From positions 32,001 through 96,000 of the forward strand of contig JAYTSD010000031.1 of the NCBI GenBank assembly GCA_043745805.1: 64,000 bases of DNA, written 5' to 3'. The first letter of the stretch is position 1, and each line of letters starts with the position of its first letter. Below, in pieces: positions 1 through 11,454 of this stretch. The notes below the pieces were generated by a model that saw only the letters and a program-made list of their open reading frames with translations, was not told where the DNA came from and searched no databases. The position numbers and the translations under genes were made by a program. The stretch comes from Fibrobacteria bacterium. GTDB taxonomy: Bacteria > Fibrobacterota > Fibrobacteria > UBA11236.

Positions 1-170
1 TCAGACTAAATGACAAAAATAAAATTAACGGAAATAAAAAAAATTGTTGAATTTGATTTCTCGAAAAACTACTATTTCTCCATCATTCATAAGGATGTAA
101 ATATTTTATTAAACAATTTTAAACTTCCTATTGACTATTTCTATCCACTCCTTACTTGGAGAGCGTCTTA

Positions 171-830
171 ATGTTATTCCCAAAGTGGACTAATCGAGTA
201 CCGCTGATTCTGGTGGTGTCACTCTTTATACTCGCTAATATAATCGTGTTTGTAGTATGGTATTGGGGTTCCCCTAAACATACTTTTGTAGGCTATGAAC
301 CTGTTCAGCCTATCGCCTATAGTCACAAAATTCATGCCGGTCAAATGGGAATGGATTGTCGTTATTGTCATTTCAATGTGGAAAAAGGCAAGCATGCAGG
401 CGTGCCACCTACTGAAGTGTGTATGAATTGCCATACTCTTATTCAAAAAAAATCAACGGATAAAGTAAAGTCGCCCGAAATCGCAAAAATTGCGGCGGCT
501 TTTTATTCTGGAAAGCCCATTCCTTGGGTGCGTATTCATAAACTGCCTGAATTTGCTTATTTCAATCATAGTGCGCATGTTAACAAAGGCGTTAGTTGCG
601 TAACCTGTCATGGACGTATTGATCAAATGGATGTGGTGCGTGCGGTGCAGCCTTTAAGTATGTCTTGGTGCTTGGATTGTCATCGTAATCCAGGCCCCAA
701 TTTGCGCGACAAAAAACTTGTGACCAATTTGGCATGGCAGCCTGAAGGCGACCCTGTAGCCAATGGCAAAAAGTTTATTGAAATGTATCACGTTAATCCC
801 AGAACGGATTGCTCAGCATGTCATCGTTAA
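171..830 (+). CDS. actA: Alternative complex III pentaheme cytochrome c subunit ActA
   Basis: N-terminal TM helix and five CxxCH motifs (CRYCH, CMNCH, CVTCH, CLDCH, CSACH); QPIAYSHKIHAG motif; ATG at 171 preceded by GGAGAG (ORF track starts at TTG 156). Confidence 0.93.
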   Translation: MLFPKWTNRVPLILVVSLFILANIIVFVVWYWGSPKHTFVGYEPVQPIAYSHKIHAGQMGMDCRYCHFNVEKGKHAGVPPTEVCMNCHTLIQKKSTDKVKSPEIAKIAAAFYSGKPIPWVRIHKLPEFAYFNHSAHVNKGVSCVTCHGRIDQMDVVRAVQPLSMSWCLDCHRNPGPNLRDKKLVTNLAWQPEGDPVANGKKFIEMYHVNPRTDCSACHR

Positions 831-3800
831 ACTTGGACCCTAAACAGCCTGAAAAGCAATACTGGAAAAGCTTAGAAGAGTTGGCTGAAACACCGCAGTT
901 TAAGGACTATTTACATCGTGAATTTCCTGAAGAAGCTTCAGAATTAGGAAGCGGAGTTTCGCGTCGTCAATTCCTACAAGTAATGGGTGCGGGACTCGCT
1001 CTCGCAGGCGTTTCCGGCTGTAAGCCTATTCAACGTCCCGTAGAAAATATCTTTACCTACAATAAAATGCCAGAGAGTTTAATTCCTGGTATTCCTCAAT
1101 TTTATGCGACTTCAATGTCCATTGCGGGTGAGAATATTGGTTTATTAGTTGAAAGTCATGAAGGGCGTCCTACCAAAATTGAAGGTAACCCAAAGCATCC
1201 TAGTAGCGTAGGCGCTACGGGTAAATTTCATCAAGCAAGTATTTTAGAGTTATATAATCCCGAACGTTCTCAAGTGGTTTTAAAAGACGGTGCGCCTTCT
1301 ACTTGGGCCGATGCAGGGCAAGCACTTCAAGCCTTAATGCAAAAGTATAAACAAAATGAGGGAGAGGGGCTTCGCTTCCTCACTGGTTTAACGACTTCAC
1401 CTACTTTGACATCCCTTAAGCAAGAAATTTTAAAAGCTTTGCCCAAAGCTAAATGGACTGTATACGAGCCTACACAAGCCGAAAATCAAATTAATGGTAT
1501 CGCAGCCGTTACGGGTCAACGTCTAGTTCCGCTTTACCATTTTGAAAAAGCCAAACGTATTTTATCGATAGATGCGGATTTCTTAGAAACTGAAGCAAAT
1601 CATTTACCTAATGCAAAATCTTTTTCCGGTGGTCGAAATCCCGATAAAGGTTTGGAAGGAATGAATCGTCTTTATGTGGTGGAGTCGCAATATTCGATAA
1701 CCGGCGGTTCGGCTGATCATCGTTTGCGCGTAAAGCCTAGTCAAGTGCCTTTGGTACTTTGGGCTATTGCCAAAGAACTGCAAGCTCAAGGTTTAAACTT
1801 GGGCGCAAATTTACCTGAAGAGTTTAATTCTTTGCTTGCCTCGGTAGATGTTAAAGGCATCGGCACCGATTCTAAATGGCTGCAAGCCTTAGCCCAAGAT
1901 TTATTCTTGGCTAAAGGTGCTTGTTTGGTTCTTGTTGGAAAACATCAAGCTCCTGCAACTCACGCTTTAGCGCATATTTTAAATATTGCTTTGAGTAATC
2001 TGGGTGTTACCCTTGAGTATCACAATAATGTCGTCGCTGAACTTAATTATGCAGCTACCGAAAATATTTCTTCACCCACTGCTTTGGCTGCCCTAGCACA
2101 AGAAATTAATCACGGCGCCGTTGAAACCATAATTGTTTTTAATACAAATCCTGCTTACAATTCAACTGGGGACATTAATTTTGCCGGAGCATTAGCTAAA
2201 GTTAAAAACAGCATTTATCTTGGTTCTGAATTAAACGAAACCGCAAAAGTTTCGCATTGGAGTTTACCGGAATCCCATTATCTTGAATCTTGGGGCGATG
2301 CTTACGCTATAGATGGCACAGCAAATATTGTACAGCCACTAATAGCACCACTTTATGAATCTTTTAGCGCTATTGAATTTTTGGCTTCGCTGTCCGAAAA
2401 CGCTCTCACTAAAGGCCATGAACTTGTGAAAGAATTTTGGCGCAAGAAAATGGGTGGATTAGACTTTGAAAAGCAATGGCGCGAGTACTTGCATGAAGGT
2501 GTTATTGCCAATACCGCTTCGGGTATTGTTTCTCCAGGCTATAATAAAGATGGATTAGCTGCAACATCGAAAATGTATGCTGCCATTGCGGCTCCAAAAT
2601 CTGGCATCGAATTAGTGGTTCGTGAACATTCTAGTATTTTTGATGGTCGCTTTGCGAACAGTGCTTGGTTGCAAGAATTACCTGATCCTATTACGAAATT
2701 AACTTGGGATAATGCGGTTTTAATTAGCCTAAATATGGCTGAAAAGTTAGGCATTGCAAATAAAATTGTGGAAGCCAAAGCTGGCGGATCCACTATGGGT
2801 GCTGATACCGAGCGTCCTATGGTTAAAATAACTTCTAGTGGCAAAAGTATTGAAGGTCCAGCTTGGGTTATGCCTGGTATGGCTGAAGATACTGTATTTG
2901 TGACTTTAGGCTATGGGCGTAAAACTGTTGGTAAAGTGGGAACAGGCACGGGCTTTGATGTTTATCCACTACTCACCGTAAACACTGATAATTATCTTTC
3001 GGATATTCAAATTCAACCTACTGGTGCAGATTATTCCTTAGCTTGTACTCAAGATCATTGGTCTTTAGAAGGTCGTCCTATCGCTCGCGAAGGAAATCTT
3101 GAAGAATATGTCAAAGAGCCAGAATTCGCTTCTGACGAAAAGATGAATGAGCACCCTCCTTTAAATAGTCTTTGGGATGAAAAAGATTACTCCAAAGGCA
3201 TGCAATGGGGTATGGTAATTGACTTTAATACTTGTACAGGCTGTAATACTTGTGTGGTGGCTTGCCAAGCAGAAAATAATATTCCAACTGTGGGTAAGCA
3301 ACAAGTGATACGTGGTCGCGAAATGCATTGGATTCGTTTGGATCGGTATTTTTCTGGTGACGTACACAACCCCGAATTGATTTTCCAAGTGATGACATGT
3401 CAACAATGTCAAAATGCACCTTGCGAAGAAGTTTGCCCTGTTGCCGCAACAGTACATTCTTCCGAAGGTTTAAATGATATGACTTATAATCGCTGTATTG
3501 GAACGCGTTATTGTTCTAATAACTGTCCTTATAAAGTTCGCCGTTTTAATTTTTTCAATTACAATAATAAACTTACTGATTCCGAAAAAATGCAAAAAAA
3601 TCCGGATGTTACGGTACGTTTCCGTGGTGTGATGGAAAAATGCACTTATTGCGTTCAACGTATCAATCAAGCGCGTATCAAGTTTAAAAACTTAGGACAA
3701 GAGATAATTCCAGAAGGGGCCGTCACGCCAGCTTGTGCGCAATCCTGTCCTACCGATGCGATTGTTTTTGGAAATATTAATGATCCTGAAAGCAGAATTG

Positions 3801-3925
3801 CAAAATTAAAAGCACATCCTCGTAATTACGGGGTCTTAACTGATTTGAATACCAAGCCACGTACTACCTATTTGGCTAAGGTACGCAATCCAAATCCTGC
3901 AATCGAAAAATTAGCGACGGCTTAG
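818..3925 (+). CDS. actB: ACIII subunit ActB (fused molybdopterin-oxidoreductase-like and Fe-S domains; TAT lipoprotein)
   Basis: YWKSLEEL N-terminus, SRRQFL twin-arginine motif followed by VSGC lipobox, GRPTKIEGNP, C-terminal Cys clusters CTGCNTCVVAC, CQQCQNAPCEEVCP, CIGTRYCSNNCPY, CTYC. Confidence 0.93.
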   Translation: MSSLNLDPKQPEKQYWKSLEELAETPQFKDYLHREFPEEASELGSGVSRRQFLQVMGAGLALAGVSGCKPIQRPVENIFTYNKMPESLIPGIPQFYATSMSIAGENIGLLVESHEGRPTKIEGNPKHPSSVGATGKFHQASILELYNPERSQVVLKDGAPSTWADAGQALQALMQKYKQNEGEGLRFLTGLTTSPTLTSLKQEILKALPKAKWTVYEPTQAENQINGIAAVTGQRLVPLYHFEKAKRILSIDADFLETEANHLPNAKSFSGGRNPDKGLEGMNRLYVVESQYSITGGSADHRLRVKPSQVPLVLWAIAKELQAQGLNLGANLPEEFNSLLASVDVKGIGTDSKWLQALAQDLFLAKGACLVLVGKHQAPATHALAHILNIALSNLGVTLEYHNNVVAELNYAATENISSPTALAALAQEINHGAVETIIVFNTNPAYNSTGDINFAGALAKVKNSIYLGSELNETAKVSHWSLPESHYLESWGDAYAIDGTANIVQPLIAPLYESFSAIEFLASLSENALTKGHELVKEFWRKKMGGLDFEKQWREYLHEGVIANTASGIVSPGYNKDGLAATSKMYAAIAAPKSGIELVVREHSSIFDGRFANSAWLQELPDPITKLTWDNAVLISLNMAEKLGIANKIVEAKAGGSTMGADTERPMVKITSSGKSIEGPAWVMPGMAEDTVFVTLGYGRKTVGKVGTGTGFDVYPLLTVNTDNYLSDIQIQPTGADYSLACTQDHWSLEGRPIAREGNLEEYVKEPEFASDEKMNEHPPLNSLWDEKDYSKGMQWGMVIDFNTCTGCNTCVVACQAENNIPTVGKQQVIRGREMHWIRLDRYFSGDVHNPELIFQVMTCQQCQNAPCEEVCPVAATVHSSEGLNDMTYNRCIGTRYCSNNCPYKVRRFNFFNYNNKLTDSEKMQKNPDVTVRFRGVMEKCTYCVQRINQARIKFKNLGQEIIPEGAVTPACAQSCPTDAIVFGNINDPESRIAKLKAHPRNYGVLTDLNTKPRTTYLAKVRNPNPAIEKLATA

Positions 3926-3946
3926 AGTTTAGGGGTAAATGCACTT

Positions 3947-5335
3947 ATGATTTTACATGATGACAATCATCCTTCGCGCAGGCCAGTGCTGGTTGAATCC
4001 AGTGACTTTCATGAAGTCACAAATATTATCAGCTCACCTACTGAAATGGTTAAAACACCAAGAGCTTGGTGGATACTTTTCCTTTTTAGCTTGTCATTGC
4101 TTTGTCTTTTAGGGGCGATGATTGGTTATTTATTCTGGGAAGGCACTGGCGTTTGGGGTGTAAATGTTCCTGTAGGTTGGGGCTGGGCTATTGTTAATTT
4201 CGTGTGGTGGATTGGTATCGGCCATGCCGGTACGCTAATTTCTGCTATTCTATTTCTTTTCCGTCAAAGATGGCGTACCGCTATTAATCGCTTTTCCGAA
4301 GCCATGACCATTTTTGCGGTAATGTGCGCAGGTATTTTTCCAGGTATACATGTAGGCCGTATTTGGGTGGCTTATTATATGTTCCCCATCCCTAACTCAA
4401 TGTCGGTTTGGCCAAATTTCCGTAGTCCTTTATTATGGGATGTATTTGCGGTAAGTACTTATTTCACAGTTTCTCTTTTGTTTTGGTATGTCGGTTTAGT
4501 CCCTGATTTAGCTACGCTACGTGATCGTGCTACGAATAAATTTAAGAAAACGGTTTTAGGAGTATTTGCTTTGGGATGGCGCGGTGCCAATCGTCATTGG
4601 CAAAACTATGAGCGCGCCTATTTAATTCTTGCGGCTATTTCTACACCGCTGGTTTTGTCGGTACATTCTATTGTTAGTTTTGACTTTGCCGTTTCTAAAG
4701 TGCCTGGTTGGCATACCACTATCTTCCCTCCTTACTTTGTAGCTGGTGCAGTATTTTCTGGCTTTGCATTAGTATCCACACTATTGATTATTGCCCGTGA
4801 AGTTTTTGGTTTAAAACAAGTAGTACGTATGCATCATTTAGATAACATGAATAAATTCATGTTATTAACGGGTACCTTGGTGGGTTATGCTTATGCAATG
4901 GAATTCTTTATCGCTTGGTATAGCGGTAATCTTTATGAACGCTTTGCCTTTATCAATAGAGCTTTAGGGCCTTTTGGCTGGGCTTATTGGATTATGATTT
5001 CTTGTAATGTGATTTCTCCCCAGTTATTCTGGTTTAAGAAAATCCGTTACAATATTCCCATTACTTTTATCATTACCATATTTATTAATATCGGTATGTG
5101 GTTCGAACGTTTTGTAATTGTAATCACCTTGCATGCAGACTTTTTACCTTCTTCTTGGGGCTATTATCGACCAAGTTGGGTGGATGTGCTTACCTACGTT
5201 GGAACCTTTGGTTTATTCGGAAGTTTATTCTTGTTATTCTTGAAATATTTACCTCAACTTGCCATCGCGGAAGTGAAGGGCGTAATGCCAGAAGCCAATC
5301 CCCATCATGGGCAGCATGGAATCAAGGGTCATTAA
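3947..5335 (+). CDS. actC: ACIII quinol-binding NrfD-family subunit ActC
   Basis: Polytopic membrane protein with [42 protein letters not shown] motifs; operon position. Confidence 0.93.
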   Translation: MILHDDNHPSRRPVLVESSDFHEVTNIISSPTEMVKTPRAWWILFLFSLSLLCLLGAMIGYLFWEGTGVWGVNVPVGWGWAIVNFVWWIGIGHAGTLISAILFLFRQRWRTAINRFSEAMTIFAVMCAGIFPGIHVGRIWVAYYMFPIPNSMSVWPNFRSPLLWDVFAVSTYFTVSLLFWYVGLVPDLATLRDRATNKFKKTVLGVFALGWRGANRHWQNYERAYLILAAISTPLVLSVHSIVSFDFAVSKVPGWHTTIFPPYFVAGAVFSGFALVSTLLIIAREVFGLKQVVRMHHLDNMNKFMLLTGTLVGYAYAMEFFIAWYSGNLYERFAFINRALGPFGWAYWIMISCNVISPQLFWFKKIRYNIPITFIITIFINIGMWFERFVIVITLHADFLPSSWGYYRPSWVDVLTYVGTFGLFGSLFLLFLKYLPQLAIAEVKGVMPEANPHHGQHGIKGH

Positions 5336-5336
5336 T

Positions 5337-5891
5337 ATGGAAACTGTGAAAGCACCTAAAGTAAACAAAACATTTGGCATACTTGCTGAATTTTCTAGTC
5401 CGGGTGATGTTTATCATGCGGCTGAAAAAGTTCGTGACAAAGGATATAAAAAATGGGATGTATACAGTCCCTTTCCTATCCATGGCATGGACAAAGCTAT
5501 GGGTATGGGACAAAGTAAAATGGGCTGGCTTTCCGCATTAGGTGGTTTAACCGGTGCGACTTGTGGATTTAGTATGCAATATTGGATAAGCGTTTATGCG
5601 CAACCAGTAATCATAGGTGGAAAGCCCTTAAATAGTTATCCAGCTTTTGTTCCTGTTACTTTTGAACCAGGAATTTTATTTACAGCATTTTTCACTGTCT
5701 TTGGGATGTTTGCTCTTAATGGGTTACCCCGTTTGTATCATGCTGTATTTCGCAGCAAAAATTTTGCGAAGGCTACCGATAATGGTTTCTTCATAGGTAT
5801 TGAAGCGCGCGATGCACGTTTTGATATTAATGAAACCAAAAAACTTTTGGAAAGTATCGGCGGACAAAACATCGAAGTGTTGGAGGATTAA
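5337..5891 (+). CDS. actD: ACIII subunit ActD (DUF3341-like)
   Basis: YSPFPIHGMD, IGGKP, FVPVTFE motifs and two TM helices; ATG 5337 directly after actC stop. Confidence 0.9.
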   Translation: METVKAPKVNKTFGILAEFSSPGDVYHAAEKVRDKGYKKWDVYSPFPIHGMDKAMGMGQSKMGWLSALGGLTGATCGFSMQYWISVYAQPVIIGGKPLNSYPAFVPVTFEPGILFTAFFTVFGMFALNGLPRLYHAVFRSKNFAKATDNGFFIGIEARDARFDINETKKLLESIGGQNIEVLED

Positions 5892-5894
5892 CCT

Positions 5895-6500
5895 TTGAGC
5901 GGCTTTTTTAAAACTCTATACTTAGCAATCGCTGGAGCATTATTGCTAGCCGGTTGCCGAGGCCAAACATCTCAAGAACCTCCTTTTTGGATTAAACATG
6001 GTATGGAATACCAAGGCCGTTTCATGGCCTTTCAGGAAAATAAATTTTATGAAGATCATCGTGCCATGCGTCAACCTCCCGAAGGTACCGTAGCCAGAGG
6101 GTTACTCAAAGCCGATGAGGTTTATTATCATGGTGGTGTAGATACTCACTTTGTAGTGACTTCGCCAGTACCGCTTACTGCCAATCTATTGGTTCGCGGA
6201 CAAGAACGGTTTAACATCTATTGTTCACCTTGCCATGGTCAAACTGGCATGGGGGATGGGATCGTCGTTAAAAAAGGTTTTTTACCTCCGCCTAATTTTC
6301 ATGACGAACGCATCATCACAATGCGTGATGGACAAGTTTTTAGAACGATTACCAATGGAATTCGCAATATGCCTTCATATGGCAAGCAAATTCCAGAAGA
6401 TGATCGTTGGGCAATAGTTGCTTATTTAAGGGCCTTGCAAAGAAGTCAAAAAGCCAGCTTGAAAGATGTTCCGGAATCTGACCGTAACGATTTGAAATAA
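5895..6500 (+). CDS. actE: ACIII monoheme cytochrome c lipoprotein ActE
   Basis: LAGC lipobox, GQERFNIYCSPCHG heme motif, MPSY axial Met, DRWAIVAY. Confidence 0.9.
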   Translation: MSGFFKTLYLAIAGALLLAGCRGQTSQEPPFWIKHGMEYQGRFMAFQENKFYEDHRAMRQPPEGTVARGLLKADEVYYHGGVDTHFVVTSPVPLTANLLVRGQERFNIYCSPCHGQTGMGDGIVVKKGFLPPPNFHDERIITMRDGQVFRTITNGIRNMPSYGKQIPEDDRWAIVAYLRALQRSQKASLKDVPESDRNDLK

Positions 6501-6512
6501 AAGGGATAGTGG

Positions 6513-7694
6513 ATGTCACAAGAAAATTATAGACTGAGTGGTCCCTTAGCTAGCATAGGGAAAGTCTTTCTAGCTATTGCAGGACTTGGTGGTATTGGGT
6601 GTGTTGTGAGTTATTTGCAAAACCCTCAAGTGTTTTTCTCATCTTATTTAACTGCCTTTGTCTTTTTTATGTGTATTGCTTTAGGCTCACTATTTTTTGT
6701 AATGGTGCATCATTTAGCTAAATCTGGATGGAATGTTACCGTACGTCGTATTGCTGAAAATATTGCGGCTAATTTACCTTGGATGACCTTACTTTTTATT
6801 CCACTACTCTTTGGAATTAGTTATTTGTTTTATTGGACTCATGCCGATGTGCAATTGGAAGACAAGCTTATTCAGTCCAAACATGCTTATTTAAACCTCC
6901 CTTTCTTTTATATTCGTGCTGCATTTTACTTTTTGGTTTGGACTTTTTTTGGCCGTTGGTTTTTAATGACTTCGGTTAAGCAAGACAATACTGGTGACGC
7001 TTTGTTAACGGACAAAATGGCCAAGTATTCGACTTTTGGAATGATTTTGTTTGCCTTCACACAAACCTTTTTCATTTTTGATTGGGTAATGTCTATTGAT
7101 GCCCATTGGTATTCGACTATGTTCGGTGTTTATTATTTTGCCGGAAGTGTGGTTTGTGCTTATGCCACTATAATTATCGTAAGCTATTTGTTACGGGTAA
7201 CTGGCAATCTTAAAGAGAGTATTACGGTTGAACATTATCATGATTTAGGTAAACTCCTTTTCGGCCATAATGTTTTTTGGACTTATATTGGCTTCTCACA
7301 ATTCATGTTGATTTGGTATACCAATATTCCTGAAGAAACTTTATTCTTTCACCACCGTGCGGTGGGTTCATGGAAAATTATCAGCTTAATGTTACCTTGG
7401 TGTCACTTCGCTATTCCTTTTGTGTTTTTAATGTCACGCAATGTGAAACGTAAATTACCTTTACTCGTTACTGGGGCGACTTGGCTCTTTATCATGTGCT
7501 ATATTGACATTTACTGGCTTGTACAGCCTAACTTTCATCATGAGGGTGCTAGCTTCGGCGTAAGCGATATTTCTAGTATTTTCTTTGTGGGCGGCATATT
7601 TATTTTCTTGTTCTTGAACCGTTTAAAGAAGTATCCCTTGATACCAATTAATGATCCAAGATTGCCACAATGTTTAAATTATGACAATGGATAA
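6513..7694 (+). CDS. actF: ACIII membrane subunit ActF
   Basis: About 10 TM helices; DWVMSIDAHWYSTMFG, HYHDLGK, FSQFMLIWYTNIPEE motifs. Confidence 0.9.
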   Translation: MSQENYRLSGPLASIGKVFLAIAGLGGIGCVVSYLQNPQVFFSSYLTAFVFFMCIALGSLFFVMVHHLAKSGWNVTVRRIAENIAANLPWMTLLFIPLLFGISYLFYWTHADVQLEDKLIQSKHAYLNLPFFYIRAAFYFLVWTFFGRWFLMTSVKQDNTGDALLTDKMAKYSTFGMILFAFTQTFFIFDWVMSIDAHWYSTMFGVYYFAGSVVCAYATIIIVSYLLRVTGNLKESITVEHYHDLGKLLFGHNVFWTYIGFSQFMLIWYTNIPEETLFFHHRAVGSWKIISLMLPWCHFAIPFVFLMSRNVKRKLPLLVTGATWLFIMCYIDIYWLVQPNFHHEGASFGVSDISSIFFVGGIFIFLFLNRLKKYPLIPINDPRLPQCLNYDNG

Positions 7695-7697
7695 AGC

Positions 7698-8060
7698 ATG
7701 AGTTCTCATCAATCTTCCTCTGAACATACTGTAGGCCACGAGACGCATGATTTTGATTTCTTCAAAATCGCGTTTTTAATTCCCATAACTATGATCGCTC
7801 TTTGTGTGTTTTTTTGCGTTTGTATTTTTTGGTTTCGGGGTGCTAGATCTTCGGAAGTAATTGAAAGACAGGCCATGGGTGGCAATCTTGAAATGATAAA
7901 CAAATTACATGCTCAAGAAAAAATGACTTTAACTCAATACAAATGGATTGATAAGGAAAAAAATATTGTACAAATTCCTATTGCGCGGGCGATGGAAATT
8001 CTTGTAGAAGAAAAAAACCAACAGCATTTACAAGAAAACACAACTGCACTTAAAAAATGA
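7698..8060 (+). CDS. Small single-TM protein, ActG-like
   Basis: One TM helix; C-terminal YKWIDKEKNIVQIPIARAM resembles ActG-type proteins; lies between actF and SCO. Confidence 0.65.
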   Translation: MSSHQSSSEHTVGHETHDFDFFKIAFLIPITMIALCVFFCVCIFWFRGARSSEVIERQAMGGNLEMINKLHAQEKMTLTQYKWIDKEKNIVQIPIARAMEILVEEKNQQHLQENTTALKK

Positions 8061-8872
8061 AAATATCACTCTTCATTTTCTTCATACTTTTTTCCTCTGT
8101 TTTAAAAGCAGAGGAGGTGACGCCGAATGAGCTAAAAGATGTTGGCATTGAAGAACATTTAGGTCAAAAAATTCCTTTGGATTTACCCTTTATCGATGAC
8201 TCAGGTAAGGAAGTTAAAATTGGAGATTACTTCAATAAAGGTAAGCCGGTTTTATTAAACTTCGCCTATTTTCGCTGTCCTATGCTTTGCAATTTAGTAT
8301 TGAATGGAATGTTGGACGGCATGAAAGGCCTGAATTGGACGCCCGGAAAAGAATACGAAGTTTTAACTATAAGCATTGACCCTCGTGAAAATGCTGAAGC
8401 GGCGACGGCAAAAAAACAAACGCATATTGCCGCTTTGAATAAATCTGGTTCGGAAAAGGGCTGGCACTTTTTAACAGGCAAAAAAGAAAATATTGAGGTA
8501 CTAACTAAAATAGTTGGGTTCGGTTATCACTATAATAAAGAGTCCGATGACTTTGCACATGCCGCAGGTATTTTTACAGTTACCCCGATTGGAAAGATTT
8601 CTCGCTACCTTTATGGAATTGATTATAAGGCACGCGATTTAAAATTGGCATTACTAGACGCTTCGGATGGCAAATCTTTGTCTCTTGGGGATAAACTCAT
8701 TATGTTCTGCTATCAATATGATGCAAATTCCAAAAACTATGTTCTCTTCGCGCGTAATTTTATGCGAGGTGGGGGCGTATTGGTCATTCTCTTTTTATTC
8801 TTTTTCTTGGGCGGATTTTGGCTCAAGGAATGGAAAAAAAAACGCTTAGAAAATCTCAAGTACAGCAATTAA
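8057..8872 (+). CDS. SCO family copper chaperone
   Basis: CPMLC (CxxxC), WHFLTG, FAHAAG conserved His; upstream of oxidase subunit II. Confidence 0.88.
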   Translation: MKISLFIFFILFSSVLKAEEVTPNELKDVGIEEHLGQKIPLDLPFIDDSGKEVKIGDYFNKGKPVLLNFAYFRCPMLCNLVLNGMLDGMKGLNWTPGKEYEVLTISIDPRENAEAATAKKQTHIAALNKSGSEKGWHFLTGKKENIEVLTKIVGFGYHYNKESDDFAHAAGIFTVTPIGKISRYLYGIDYKARDLKLALLDASDGKSLSLGDKLIMFCYQYDANSKNYVLFARNFMRGGGVLVILFLFFFLGGFWLKEWKKKRLENLKYSN

Positions 8873-8890
8873 TCTCTGGGTATAAAGTAT

Positions 8891-9832
8891 ATGGACAATA
8901 GTAAAACTTTCTGGCTCCCTGAAAAGGCCTCAACATTCGCGGATTTTGTTGATCCGGCCTTTAATTTGTTTTACTGGATATCGGTATTTTTCTTTGGAGT
9001 TATTTCTTTAGGGATTATTGTATTCGTTATTAAATATTATCGTAAGCACCCTGATCAAAAAGCTACGGCGCAAATAACGCATAGTTTAGGTTTGGAATTG
9101 GCATGGACTATAATTCCATTGGCTATGGTAATGGGATTATTTGTAATTGGTGTACGTGGCTACTTACACATGCGCGTTCCCCCTCCATTTTATACGGAAG
9201 TTAAGGTACATGGACAAAAATGGTCATGGAGTTTTGAGTATGCAAATGGTGCATCTAATGACACGTTGGTAGTACCAGTTCATCAACCAATTAAGTTATT
9301 AATGACATCCTCAGATGTGATTCATTCCTTTTTCATACCTGCTTTACGTGCAAAGGCTGATGTTATTCCTAATCGCTATCACACACTTTGGTTTGAAGCC
9401 ACAAAGACAGGTGTTTTCCCTGTGGAATGCACACAATATTGTGGTACTAATCACTCTTATATGTGGACGGCTGTAAAAGTTGTATCTCAGGATGATTATG
9501 ATAAGTGGCTTGCCGACGCATCGGATTTAAGCAAAGGTAAAACACCTGCAGAGTTTGGCGCAATTGTCTATTCAAAAAGAGGCTGTAATGCTTGCCATTC
9601 TGTGGATGGTAGTAAAGGTATCGGACCGACTTGGAAAGGTATTTTTGGAGAAAAAGTAAAGTGTACCTCCGGTGGAGAATTTTTGATTGATGAAGACTAT
9701 ATCCGTGAGTCCATCATGGCTCCTCAAGCTAAAGTGGTCGCAGGATATCAACCCGTAATGCCTACATTCAAAGGTATTATTGTGGATAAAGAAGTTGACG
9801 CGGTAATCGCCTACATTAAAACCTTAAAATAA
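8891..9832 (+). CDS. coxB: Cytochrome c oxidase subunit II with C-terminal cytochrome c (caa3 type)
   Basis: DVIHSF, CuA motif [13 protein letters not shown]-terminal CNACH and MP. Confidence 0.93.
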   Translation: MDNSKTFWLPEKASTFADFVDPAFNLFYWISVFFFGVISLGIIVFVIKYYRKHPDQKATAQITHSLGLELAWTIIPLAMVMGLFVIGVRGYLHMRVPPPFYTEVKVHGQKWSWSFEYANGASNDTLVVPVHQPIKLLMTSSDVIHSFFIPALRAKADVIPNRYHTLWFEATKTGVFPVECTQYCGTNHSYMWTAVKVVSQDDYDKWLADASDLSKGKTPAEFGAIVYSKRGCNACHSVDGSKGIGPTWKGIFGEKVKCTSGGEFLIDEDYIRESIMAPQAKVVAGYQPVMPTFKGIIVDKEVDAVIAYIKTLK

Positions 9833-9849
9833 GTCGGAACGGTATTTAC

Positions 9850-11454
9850 ATGAGCGGTCATGAACATAATAATATCAACTATTTAAAAGCCCAATCGGGT
9901 TTACGTAACTGGTTTGTTACAGTAGATCATAAACGCATTGGTGTGATGTATTTGATTTCTATTCTTTCTTTTTTCATTTTGGGTGGTCTTTTTGCTTTGA
10001 CTTTCCGACTTGAACTTTGGACTCCACTGAAAGAATTTTTAACTCCTGATCAGTACAATCAAATCTTTACCTTGCATGGTGTAGTAATGGTTTTCTTGGT
10101 AGTTGTGCCAGGTATACCAGGTGCCTTGGGTAATTTTATTTTACCTCTACAGATTGGGGCAAAAGATTTAGCCTTTCCAAAATTAAACTTACTCAGTCTT
10201 TATTTATACTGGGCTGGCGCATTGCTTGCCATTGTGTCTTTATTTGCTGGCCATGCTGATTCAGGCTGGACCTTTTATGCTCCGTATTCCATTTCACAAA
10301 ATCCTGCCGTTTTATGGATGATGACAGCTGGTTTTATTCTTGGCTTTAGTTCTATTTTGACAGGTATTAACTTCATTGTAACCATGCATAATATGCGCGC
10401 TCCTGGTATGACTTGGTTTAAAATGCCTTTGTTCATGTGGGCTTTGTATGCAACGGCTATTATGCAAGTTTTCGCTACGCCGGTTTTGGCTATCACTTTG
10501 ATTCTTTTACTCATAGAAAATTTTGTGGGGGTGGGGATATTTGATCCCGCATTGGGCGGCGATCCAATTTTGATGCAGCATTTCTTTTGGTTTTATTCTC
10601 ATCCTGCGGTATATATCATTGTGGTTCCTGCCTTTGGTATTGTTTCTGAAATTGTGACTTGTTTTTCACGCAAAGATATTTTTGGCTATAAGTTAATCGC
10701 GTTTTCATCGGTGGGCATTACCACTATTGGCTTTGTGGTTTGGGGACATCATATGTTTGTAGCCGGACAAAGTGAATTGGCCGATGCAATATTCTCCTTT
10801 TTAACTTTCTTTACGGCTATCCCTTCGGCTATCAAGGTTTTCAACTGGACGGCCACGCTTTATAAAGGTTCTATTAGCTTAAAGACACCGATGATTTGGG
10901 TGCTTGGAATTTTGTTTAATTTTACCATTGGTGGATTAACCGGAATCATACTTGCTATCCTCTCGGTGGATATTCATTTGCATGACACTTACTTTGTGGT
11001 TTCACATTTTCATTATGTGGCAATGGGTACTACGATGTTTGCCTTTATCGCAGGCATACATTATTGGTGGCCGAAAATTAGTGGCAAAATGTACAATGAA
11101 ACTTGGGGAGCAATCGGTGCAGTACTTTCTTTCATCGGCTTCAACGTGACTTTTTTCGTGCAATTCATAATGGGTTCGCAAGGTAGTCCTCGTCGTTACT
11201 ATCACTACTTTTCCGAATTCCAAATCCATCATCAAATTTCAACAGTTGGTGCGGGTATATTAGCTGTGGGTTTATTTATTTCCTTAATCAATTTACTCAT
11301 ATCGTTAAAAACGGGTGAAAAAGCTCCTGCTAATCCATGGGGAGCTAAAACCTTAGAATGGGAAAATGCCGATTCCCCTCCGGTACTTTATAATTTCACA
11401 GAAACCCCAGTTGTAACCCATGGGCCATATGCCTATGACGTGGAGGCCAAATAA
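9850..11454 (+). CDS. coxA: Cytochrome c oxidase subunit I (A2 type)
   Basis: [23 protein letters not shown] (YS motif), [19 protein letters not shown]. Confidence 0.95.
   Translation: MSGHEHNNINYLKAQSGLRNWFVTVDHKRIGVMYLISILSFFILGGLFALTFRLELWTPLKEFLTPDQYNQIFTLHGVVMVFLVVVPGIPGALGNFILPLQIGAKDLAFPKLNLLSLYLYWAGALLAIVSLFAGHADSGWTFYAPYSISQNPAVLWMMTAGFILGFSSILTGINFIVTMHNMRAPGMTWFKMPLFMWALYATAIMQVFATPVLAITLILLLIENFVGVGIFDPALGGDPILMQHFFWFYSHPAVYIIVVPAFGIVSEIVTCFSRKDIFGYKLIAFSSVGITTIGFVVWGHHMFVAGQSELADAIFSFLTFFTAIPSAIKVFNWTATLYKGSISLKTPMIWVLGILFNFTIGGLTGIILAILSVDIHLHDTYFVVSHFHYVAMGTTMFAFIAGIHYWWPKISGKMYNETWGAIGAVLSFIGFNVTFFVQFIMGSQGSPRRYYHYFSEFQIHHQISTVGAGILAVGLFISLINLLISLKTGEKAPANPWGAKTLEWENADSPPVLYNFTETPVVTHGPYAYDVEAK

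Noticed and set aside
40..70. Possible FNR box upstream of actA (TTGAT...)
   Set aside because: The second half-site ATCAA is absent
9781..9789. Perfect DnaA box TGTGGATAA
   Set aside because: Single copy inside coxB, far from dnaA; expected by chance
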